DNA of 52,943 nt from Fidelibacterota bacterium. Its GTDB lineage: Bacteria > Fidelibacterota > SORT01. The position numbers were made by a program, and so were the translations under genes. The notes under the pieces were generated by a model. It saw nothing but the letters and a program-made list of their open reading frames with translations, was not told where the DNA came from and did no database searches. Location: assembly GCA_022567655.1 (NCBI GenBank), contig JADFGO010000002.1:1-52943 (forward strand). The letters are read 5' to 3'. Below, in pieces: positions 19,380-26,843 of this stretch (position 1 is its first letter; every line of letters starts with the position of its first letter).

Positions 19380-19490
19380 AAAGAATTATTTTTTTCATCG
19401 ATTTACTTCTGAATCCGTGACTGATCCTAAAGAGATATATGACTACTGTTCAAAATGGGGAGTTTGATAGAGAGCTTTCCCTGAAGTTCA

Positions 19491-19745
19491 TCAGGGGGCG
19501 TGGACACTCACGAATTTCCTGTTGTTCTTTTTGGTGTCGAATTTTACTAAACCGTCTATAAGCGCGAACAGTGAATCATCGCTGGCTCTTTTTACATTGG
19601 TTCCGGGCTTAAATTTGGTGCCCCTCTGTTTAATGATAATACTTCCGGCGGTGACTTTTTGACCGCCAAAAGCTTTAACTCCGAGCATTTTCGGTTTACT
19701 GTCGCGCCCGTTCTTTGAACTTCCCACACCTTTTTTATGTGCCAT
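19491..19745 (-). CDS. rpmA: 50S ribosomal protein L27
   Basis: 84 aa starting [16 protein letters not shown]. Confidence 0.97.
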   Translation of the reverse strand: MAHKKGVGSSKNGRDSKPKMLGVKAFGGQKVTAGSIIIKQRGTKFKPGTNVKRASDDSLFALIDGLVKFDTKKNNRKFVSVHAP

Positions 19746-19762
19746 TATTAACTCCGGATAAT

Positions 19763-20113
19763 CTACTTTTTGTCGGGCTTCGGCTTGGATTTTGAAGCGG
19801 AGCCGTTCGAGATTCCGTCAATTCTAATCCATGTCAATTCCTGCCTGTGTCCCCTTTTGACCTTGTACCCTTTTCTCCGTTTCTTTTTCAGCATTACGAT
19901 CTTATCGCCTTTACCCTGCTTCAGGATGGTAGCGTTGACTATTGCTTTGGGGACCGAAGGGGTGCCGATAACAGATTTTTTGCCCTCGCCGAGCATAAGA
20001 ATTTCATCGAATGTGGTTTTGCTCCCCGCTTTTCCCTCTAATTTTTGGACTGTGATCTCGTCACCCACTCTGACACTGTGCTGAAATCCTTTTATAACAA
20101 CTACTGCATACAT
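19763..20113 (-). CDS. rplU: 50S ribosomal protein L21
   Basis: 116 aa starting MYAVV..G.Q, immediately upstream of rpmA. Confidence 0.95.
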   Translation of the reverse strand: MYAVVVIKGFQHSVRVGDEITVQKLEGKAGSKTTFDEILMLGEGKKSVIGTPSVPKAIVNATILKQGKGDKIVMLKKKRRKGYKVKRGHRQELTWIRIDGISNGSASKSKPKPDKK

Positions 20114-20188
20114 TATTGATTTAAAACCCCTTTTTCCGAAACTTATTTCCTAAACAGCCGGATATATTAAACAGATGCGAATTCACTG

Positions 20189-21802
20189 TCAAGAGGTAAA
20201 TTGTTCCGTAATGTCCAGACCGCTTTTCTTTGAAAATATCCGAAAATCGTTCATACTGAGTTCCGCATCTTCCCTTATGTCCAACTTAATCCAGTACTTC
20301 CACATAAGCCTTCGAATCGATTCTTTGCTGTCCTCGGAAAAGTGGAAGGCAACGTCCGGATGGAGGTTAATTATGAGGCGCCGTTCCGGATTTTCCACTT
20401 TCATTCGCTTTATCCAGCGTTCTATCTTGTTAATCAGGGTGTCTTTTGAGATAACCCTCCCAAGACCGTGACAGACAGGACACACGTCGCTTACCCGGTA
20501 GAGCAGTCCGGGCCCGATTCTCTGCCTTGTCATCTCTATAAGACCAAGTTCAGAGAGCTCGAATACCTTGCTCCTCGCACGATCCTTGGACATTTCCTTT
20601 CGCATCGCATGATAGACGGACTTTCGGTTTTTCAGGTCTTCCATATCAATAAAATCTATTACTATCAGCCCTCCTATGTCCCGGAGGCGAAGTTGTCTTG
20701 CAATTTCAGGCACCGATTCAAGATTGATCTTGAGAGAGTTGAGTTCGTGCTCCTTTTTACCCTGGAACCTGCCGGAATTTACGTCCACGGTGACAAGGGC
20801 TTCAGTATGGTCTATAAGAATGTATCCCCCGCTTTTCAGCCAGACCTTCCGGTGCTGAGTTTTTTCAAGCTCCGGCTCGATATTGAATTTATCAAATATC
20901 GGGATCTGTTCATTATAAAATTCTAATTTATCGAGCAGTTGCGGCGACACATTTTTAAGGTAAGCATTTATCTTCCGGTAAAGTTTTCTGGAATCCACAA
21001 TTACTTTTTCTACTTCTTCCGTCAGGAGGTCTCTGATAACGCTGAATGCCATTTCAAGGTCCTTATAAACGAGGAACGGAGGCTCCTGTTTTTTTATCTC
21101 CTTCTCGACGTCCTTCCATTTGACCATAAGGATATTAAAATCGTTCTCCAGCATTTCAGCGGGTTTACCGCTCGCTGCGGTTCGGAGGATAAGCCCGAAA
21201 TCATCGGGTCTTAAAGCCTTCGCTATTTTTTGAAGCCTCTTTTTTTCCTTATAATTTGAGACTTTCCGGGAGATACCGATCTGTCTGTCATTCGGTACCA
21301 ATACTATAAATTGTCCTGCAAGGGAAATATGAGTCGTGACGCGGGGTCCCTTATCGTGAATCGGTTCCTTGGTTATCTGAACGATCAGTTCCTGTCCGGG
21401 CTTAGGCATCCATTCTCCACGGATCCTGCTGCCTCTTTTTTGGGGTGTTTTCTCTTCATCATAATCGGACTCGAACAAGTCCATAAAATCGTGAACAGAT
21501 TCGTTTATGTCCGAGAAGTGTAAAAACCCGTCGTGCTCAAGACCGATATCTATAAATGCCGCGCGCATCCCCGGGTTAACACGGGCAACCCTGCCTTTAT
21601 AAATGTCGCCGACCATGCGGATGTTTTCGGGGCGCTCGAGGAGTATCTCGGCGAGCTGTCCGTTTTCGGTGATCGCTATACGCGTTTCATTCCGCGTTTC
21701 ATTAATAAAAATTTCTCTCGTTACCGGTTGTTTCGGCTTTTTATACTGCGGGCGCCGCCGATTATAGTTCGGATTTTTCTTTCTATCTTGTGTAAAAGCC
21801 AT
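20189..21802 (-). CDS. rng: Ribonuclease G/E family endoribonuclease
   Basis: 537 aa with an S1 domain (IYKGRVARVNPGMRAAFIDIG), an RNase E/G catalytic core and a Zn-link CPVCHGLG. Confidence 0.9.
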   Translation of the reverse strand: MAFTQDRKKNPNYNRRRPQYKKPKQPVTREIFINETRNETRIAITENGQLAEILLERPENIRMVGDIYKGRVARVNPGMRAAFIDIGLEHDGFLHFSDINESVHDFMDLFESDYDEEKTPQKRGSRIRGEWMPKPGQELIVQITKEPIHDKGPRVTTHISLAGQFIVLVPNDRQIGISRKVSNYKEKKRLQKIAKALRPDDFGLILRTAASGKPAEMLENDFNILMVKWKDVEKEIKKQEPPFLVYKDLEMAFSVIRDLLTEEVEKVIVDSRKLYRKINAYLKNVSPQLLDKLEFYNEQIPIFDKFNIEPELEKTQHRKVWLKSGGYILIDHTEALVTVDVNSGRFQGKKEHELNSLKINLESVPEIARQLRLRDIGGLIVIDFIDMEDLKNRKSVYHAMRKEMSKDRARSKVFELSELGLIEMTRQRIGPGLLYRVSDVCPVCHGLGRVISKDTLINKIERWIKRMKVENPERRLIINLHPDVAFHFSEDSKESIRRLMWKYWIKLDIREDAELSMNDFRIFSKKSGLDITEQFTS

Positions 21803-21894
21803 AGTTTATTTAATTCTCCCTAAACAAAGCTAAGGTAATTATCAGACTGATGTCATGCAATTCAATTTTTTATCGGTGAGAGGAGATGGAGTGC

Positions 21895-22592
21895 ATCGGC
21901 GGCCGGGCAAAGGCCCGGCTCCTGACGGGCTGCCGGATTCCCGCATATCTGTTCTCCTCCCTTGAGGGAGGTGTCCCGAAGCTTCGGGACGGCCACTCCC
22001 CTCGAGGGGAGAGGATTATCCTCCCTCTTTTCAAGGAGGGGGAAGGGCGTGGTTGTCTTCATTAATGCGGTCAGGGCAAGCCCTGACTCGCACGGTGCTG
22101 TCATTATGGGGTGTGAATACCGTCGGAGGCTGGGGAACGTTAAAGCCCATCCGTCTGGACGGCCAGCCCAACATCGATTTGGCGGGCAAAGCCGGGCAGG
22201 ACATTTTTGTCAGCTCTTCTGTCCGGATTTCTCAGAATGACAGCATTTGGTGTGGCGCGGTCACCCTGAACGCATGTCCGACTGCTTGCCAGGCGGGAAG
22301 TCGAAGGGTGACTGCGTTAATATGCTGAGGATAGATCGCAGACACTGATTCTCAATCATAAATGGCTGGGCTTTTATAAGGGAAATTACTCCTAAATCCC
22401 CTCTTTGATGGGATATGTAGGGGAGGGTTTGTAACCCTCCCGAAATATGCGGGCTGGTTATAAACCAGCCCCTACGGTGCAGTTACAAATAACTCGCAGA
22501 AAGCAGGAGTTGTCCATGTGTAATTCCCCACTTTTTCCCGGACAATTCCCCGCTTTCTTCGGGGTAAACGTGAATTGTCCCTACAGTTGGGG
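21895..22592. repeat. Intergenic hairpin-unit cluster 4 (largest mosaic array, ~700 bp)
   Basis: Contains at least 12 hairpin units that also occur in the other clusters. See findings for unit coordinates. Confidence 0.9.
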
Positions 22593-22599
22593 TTGAAGG

Positions 22600-23328
22600 T
22601 TATTCTTTGCTGAAGACCCAGCTGCCGTCGGCTCTTTCGATTCCCTTATTCGGATTCATGAACACGAGCTTGAGTTTCCCATTTTCAGGCACCCAGGGGG
22701 TGCCGTCAAATTTACTTTTCGGGAGAAGCAATCCGAACTGAACTTTTTTGGTTTGCGCCTTCCGCCAGTTTTGGCGGACGGGAGGTTCATTCTCGGGCGA
22801 TAAAGTGACTATTAGCGGAACTTTTTTCGGTTCGTACTGATTTTCGTCTTCATCTTCCACAAATATGACCCACCGATCCGGGCTGAGATATTCCTTTGCA
22901 AAAGTCGTCCTCATGTAAATCCATATTAGATTATTGTTCTTCAGATCATAATCAGTGTTATATCTTATAAGCAACGAATCAGACTCTAACATGTCCATTC
23001 CAAGTGTGTTTTGATAAAATTCTCCGGCGCTTCGGAGTACCTCATCCGTCATCATTGTAGCGCTTATCAGCAATGGGAAACCCGGATATACGGAAGATGC
23101 CGCACCCGGTTTGCCAATCCCCGTGAAAAATGCGTCACTGTTTCCGGTCATCCGGACTCCGGTGCCGAACAGGATGGTATTTTTCGAAATTGCTTCGATA
23201 TACTCTGTAGCTTCCGATTTGTAGATAAATCCGTTTTGTGACGAAGTTTCGACAGCGGTATAGCATCCGAGTGAAAAACCGGATAAAATTAAACAAACGA
23301 TGCCCAAACGATAGCATTCTTTTGTCAT
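22600..23328 (-). CDS. Hypothetical secreted/lipoprotein
   Basis: 242 aa with an N-terminal hydrophobic signal ending in Cys (LSGFSLGC). The ATGA overlap with the upstream gene suggests translational coupling. I recognise no motif. Confidence 0.6.
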   Translation of the reverse strand: MTKECYRLGIVCLILSGFSLGCYTAVETSSQNGFIYKSEATEYIEAISKNTILFGTGVRMTGNSDAFFTGIGKPGAASSVYPGFPLLISATMMTDEVLRSAGEFYQNTLGMDMLESDSLLIRYNTDYDLKNNNLIWIYMRTTFAKEYLSPDRWVIFVEDEDENQYEPKKVPLIVTLSPENEPPVRQNWRKAQTKKVQFGLLLPKSKFDGTPWVPENGKLKLVFMNPNKGIERADGSWVFSKE

Positions 23329-24143
23329 TGTTCGCTTCCGCTCCCTTTTACTAACTTGAGATTGAGCCAGTATATTTCCGGCTTCAATTTCGGCTGAGAA
23401 AGAAAGGTCGGAGATCTTCCGGTAGAGCGCGAGGGGCTTCCGATTCCCGGTGAAGTGAGCGCCGGTCCGGAACGCACTCTCGGGCGGTTGATGTTATAGT
23501 CCGGAAGTATTTCGAATCCTATCGCAAGACTCTTTTCAACCGGTTCCGTTACTCCGAGAACCTTTTCACCGTCGGCGTTCAGCGGAATTATAAAATTAAA
23601 GGTCATAGTTTCGGAGACGAACTTTCGATTCATTTTGAAACCCATAGTTCCGTCGGCATCTATCAAGTCAATAGTTCGGGTCTTCTCATTGAAATATAAT
23701 ATCTTCTTCTCGTAATCCTTGATCCGGTCCGCGAGCCTGACGCTCTGAGTATCGGTGAGCAGGCTCTTGAACCCGCCCCAGTTGGCTAATGATGAAAATT
23801 GGTTTTTTATGAACGGATGCGCTCCCCGTTTCAAGGGGAATTGAAACCCTGAATTTTTTAAATGTAAGCCCTCGGAATTCAGCCATAAGTTGAGGATGGA
23901 CTTCGAATATTTCTTGTTCAGAGAATCAGATTTGATGATAACGGAAAAGTATAGATAATTCTCATTATTCCCCGCTTTAAATTCCAGATTTTTAAATACT
24001 TCCACTGTTTGAAGCATCAAGGGATCGTACCCGTTTTCCGAGATATGAATGGAGGAGACAGGGAGCGTTGTACATGCAGAAATTGTGACGGCGATCAGAG
24101 CGGTGAGAACTTTTGGCGATAATATTGGTGCGAAACTTTTCAT
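23325..24143 (-). CDS. Hypothetical lipoprotein
   Basis: 272 aa with the lipobox AVTISAC and a Pro/Ser/Gly-rich segment near the C-terminus. I recognise no motif. Confidence 0.6.
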   Translation of the reverse strand: MKSFAPILSPKVLTALIAVTISACTTLPVSSIHISENGYDPLMLQTVEVFKNLEFKAGNNENYLYFSVIIKSDSLNKKYSKSILNLWLNSEGLHLKNSGFQFPLKRGAHPFIKNQFSSLANWGGFKSLLTDTQSVRLADRIKDYEKKILYFNEKTRTIDLIDADGTMGFKMNRKFVSETMTFNFIIPLNADGEKVLGVTEPVEKSLAIGFEILPDYNINRPRVRSGPALTSPGIGSPSRSTGRSPTFLSQPKLKPEIYWLNLKLVKGSGSEQ

Positions 24144-24412
24144 CGGGTCAAATTAACCGGTGGTGGAAGTAATTGTCAAGTTTGACGGCGGCAAAAACAG
24201 AATCGGTCGATTTTAATGCAAGAATAAATATGAATCGTGGAAAGAAAATATTTCTTGGAATTTGAACAAATCGGGTTAATATTACACAATATGTAGTGTA
24301 TGAGGATATTTATATACTACAGATTGAAACTATCCAACTGAAAATTTAGTAGAATTATACGTTTATACGGTGAAAGCCAAGCTGACTGGATAAATTGATG
24401 AAGAGGGAGGCA

Positions 24413-24949
24413 ATGAAAAACAGGACACTGGTTTTTGGAGGATTATGGATATTCCTTATGACAGGCACGGGGATCAAGTACGGAGTCGAATATGATGCTG
24501 CGGGTGAAATAACAGAGCTGCAAAATGAAAACCGTACACTTCTCAAGTCATTAAATCAGATTGAGGAATCACTGATCTGGCTCCAGAAAGAGTATAGCCG
24601 AAACCCGTATAGGGGGCTCGCGCGAATAGTGTCAACCGCGTACAGCTCTGACGTTAACCAGACGGATTCAACACCCTTCATTACAGCGAGTGGAGAGCCT
24701 GTCCGGGAGGGTACTCTTGCATTGAGCAGAGATATGATCAGAGCTGAAAACGAAATGATGGAGCGCATGGGATATAACCCTGCGGCGGCTATAAGTTACG
24801 GCGACACCGTAGATCTTATCTATGTTAGACGAATGGTCGTGCACGATACTATGAACAGACGGTATTCACGACGTGCGGATATCTGGATGGATTCGGAGCG
24901 TGATGCGCTTGCATGGGGTGTAAGGAATGTGTTCATAGTTCCCTTCTGA
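24413..24949 (+). CDS. 3D (MltA-like double-psi beta-barrel) domain protein
   Basis: It has an N-terminal TM/signal (MKNRTLVFGGLWIFLMTG), a coiled region, and a C-terminal pattern AYSSDVNQTDSTPFITASGEPV..GDTVDLIYV..VHDTMNRRY typical of 3D domains. The ORF track starts at 24395; the ATG at 24413 follows GAGGGAGG. Confidence 0.6.
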   Translation: MKNRTLVFGGLWIFLMTGTGIKYGVEYDAAGEITELQNENRTLLKSLNQIEESLIWLQKEYSRNPYRGLARIVSTAYSSDVNQTDSTPFITASGEPVREGTLALSRDMIRAENEMMERMGYNPAAAISYGDTVDLIYVRRMVVHDTMNRRYSRRADIWMDSERDALAWGVRNVFIVPF

Positions 24950-24985
24950 GTAAACAACTAAGCCTTCTAAGCGGAGTTTTTGTCG

Positions 24986-25014
24986 AAAGACCGGTTTTCA
25001 AACCGGTCTTTTTT
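24986..25014 (+). terminator. Rho-independent terminator
   Basis: AAAGACCGGTT-ttca-AACCGGTCTTT followed by a T-run. Confidence 0.8.
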
Positions 25015-25054
25015 ATGTATGAAATAATCACGGCGAGAAAAGTTATAAATTTAC

Positions 25055-25083
25055 TTGACAGGGGATGATAATCCGATTATAAT
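25055..25083 (+). promoter_or_regulatory. Perfect-consensus sigma70 promoter
   Basis: TTGACA (25055-25060), a 17-nt spacer, and TATAAT (25078-25083), 62 nt upstream of the ATG at 25145. Confidence 0.65.
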
Positions 25084-25144
25084 GGAAGCAGTCAAACTCT
25101 TTTCGTGAGTGATTAATGAGTCTTTCGAGAAATTGCATAACAAT

Positions 25145-26653
25145 ATGAAGAAATTATTTTTACTCTTTCTTCTTGCCTCTTGTTTTCTTTATGGGGAAAC
25201 ATTACGGGCACAGCTACGCTCCGACTTCGTCCTTGCTGATTCTGCAATCGGCGGAAACATCAAGCTTGACGGAGAAGGAAATCTCCATGCCGTTTGGAGA
25301 AAAGCTGATACCTCGTATGGTGCAGAAAGACCGGCATATTATGCAGCTTTCGATTCCATGGGGCTTCCCATATTAGCCCCTGCAAGAGTTTCTATCAGTA
25401 ATAATATCTGGTTTCCTCGCATCGCCTTATTAAAAGGTCACGCGGTAGTGGTCTGGGAGATACGAGGGAGCCTTGACGCCGATGAGATCGAAGCGAACGT
25501 TCTTGATCTTAGCGAAGAAATAGTGCAAAGAGCTACCGATTTTGCTGACGGGGACACATATTCGCCGGACGTTGCGTATCTGAACGACACAACGTTCATC
25601 GTTGTCTGGATAGGGGAGGGTTCATTTACTCAATCGGATTTCCAACTTTACGGTCAGATAGCCACCAACTCACTTATTTTCCAGGGAGGGCATATCCTTT
25701 TAGATGACCCAAAAGAACGCGGTGTAAGGCAATTTTCGCTGCGTGTTGTCGCCCGTCCCGAACGGGATGATTTTCTGATTGTCTGGCTTGATGACCGTTC
25801 GGGCAGTTTCAGAGCGTACGGAAGGCTGTTTAATTCGAACGGTTCACCCGTGGGTTCAAATTTCCTCATAAGCGAAGATCCGCAACTTACCTGGCTGGGA
25901 GAGGTTAGTGTCGCTATGAATGGGAGCGGAGAGTTCGGTGTTGTCTGGGCAGGTGAGACCGATTCGAACGAGTGGGTCGTTCAAATGCGGCGGCTCGGCG
26001 TTGATGGGACGCCTCTTGGTCCAAGCATACGAGTCGATTTATCAGCGCACAATTCTCTTTTCACGGACTATCCTGATATCTCGTTCGACCGTGATGGTAC
26101 TTTTATCGTGGTCTGGGACATGTTTATAAACGGTATTTCGAAAATTTACGCTCAGCGCTTCGAGTCAGATTGGACACCGCTGGGGGTCAACTTCAGAGTC
26201 TCCTCGGTTATGGATAGTTCACGCCAATATTTCTCAAGTGTTTTGCTCCGAAATGGAAGAATTTACACCACATGGACTTCGGCAGGCGATTCGACGGCAG
26301 CTAAGCTTCTATCAAACATAATTGACTTTTATGATCCACCGAACCTTGAAACTCAATCAGAACCGATTTTACCTCTCGCCTTTTCTCTACACCAGAATTA
26401 CCCCAATCCTTTTAATGCCATTACAACCATCGTATACGAAATCAAGCGCCCCTCGAGAGTACGGCTGGTTGTTTATAATATATTGGGTGAAGAGGTGACT
26501 ACACTTGTGCGGGATATGAAAATACCGGGAGTCTATGAATCAGTGTGGGACGGAAAAGACCGGCAGGGGATGGAAGTGTCATCAGGGGTTTACCTGTATC
26601 AACTCATGTCAGATGGACAGGTACAGACAAAGAAGATGGTTTTGTTGAAGTAG
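25145..26653 (+). CDS. Secreted repeat protein (about seven ~55-aa blades) with T9SS C-terminal sorting domain
   Basis: It has the signal peptide MKKLFLLFLLASCFLYG and a periodic hydrophobic-VW motif (AVVVW, FIVVW, FLIVW, FGVVW, FIVVW, IYTTW). The C-terminus YPNPFNAITTIVYEI..VYNILGEEV..GVYLYQL resembles a T9SS CTD. Confidence 0.8.
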   Translation: MKKLFLLFLLASCFLYGETLRAQLRSDFVLADSAIGGNIKLDGEGNLHAVWRKADTSYGAERPAYYAAFDSMGLPILAPARVSISNNIWFPRIALLKGHAVVVWEIRGSLDADEIEANVLDLSEEIVQRATDFADGDTYSPDVAYLNDTTFIVVWIGEGSFTQSDFQLYGQIATNSLIFQGGHILLDDPKERGVRQFSLRVVARPERDDFLIVWLDDRSGSFRAYGRLFNSNGSPVGSNFLISEDPQLTWLGEVSVAMNGSGEFGVVWAGETDSNEWVVQMRRLGVDGTPLGPSIRVDLSAHNSLFTDYPDISFDRDGTFIVVWDMFINGISKIYAQRFESDWTPLGVNFRVSSVMDSSRQYFSSVLLRNGRIYTTWTSAGDSTAAKLLSNIIDFYDPPNLETQSEPILPLAFSLHQNYPNPFNAITTIVYEIKRPSRVRLVVYNILGEEVTTLVRDMKIPGVYESVWDGKDRQGMEVSSGVYLYQLMSDGQVQTKKMVLLK

Positions 26654-26701
26654 AGTTCTTAAAAGAGTAGGTTCTGCAACGAATAAGAATATTTCGTTAT
26701 C

Positions 26702-26796
26702 GTGGCAGTCAGGGCAAGCCCTGACTCGCACTTATAATTCTGCAGTTTAGAAGTCATGGGACGCAGATCTGCGTCCCCTACTTTCGTCCAGACGAA
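26702..26796. repeat. Intergenic hairpin-unit cluster 5 (solo units)
   Basis: Contains GTGGCAGTCAGGGCAAGCCCTGACTCGCAC (26702-26731), GGGACGCAGATCTGCGTCCCCTAC (26758-26781, GTAG head on the minus strand) and TTCGTCcaGACGAA (26783-26796). Confidence 0.85.
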
Positions 26797-26843
26797 GAAG
26801 ATGTTACTTTTGAGGTAGAAGTAGACGGAGATTAAGTCCTTTT

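Noticed and set aside
21862-22328. ORFs 21862..22104 (-), 21962..22240 (+) and 22053..22328 (+). Similar ORFs lie at 3250..3447, 41285..41470, 42085..42477 and 42421..42615, all inside repeat clusters.
   Set aside because: They overlap one another and are Gly/Arg/Pro/Ser-rich, the composition expected from GC-rich hairpins. They lie entirely within repeat arrays and lack ribosome-binding sites, so they are treated as non-coding.
21895-22592. Possible CRISPR array, because many short palindromic repeats occur in one spacer.
   Set aside because: No single direct repeat recurs at a regular 60-70-bp period. The units differ in sequence and orientation, and no cas genes are present. The architecture is BIME-like, not CRISPR-like.
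24144-24394. Looked for a c-di-AMP (ydaO-type) or other riboswitch upstream of the 3D-domain cell-wall gene.
   Set aside because: The region is AT-rich with no conserved GC-rich helices. Only a short inverted repeat (TACAC..GTGTA) is seen, so it looks like an ordinary divergent promoter region.
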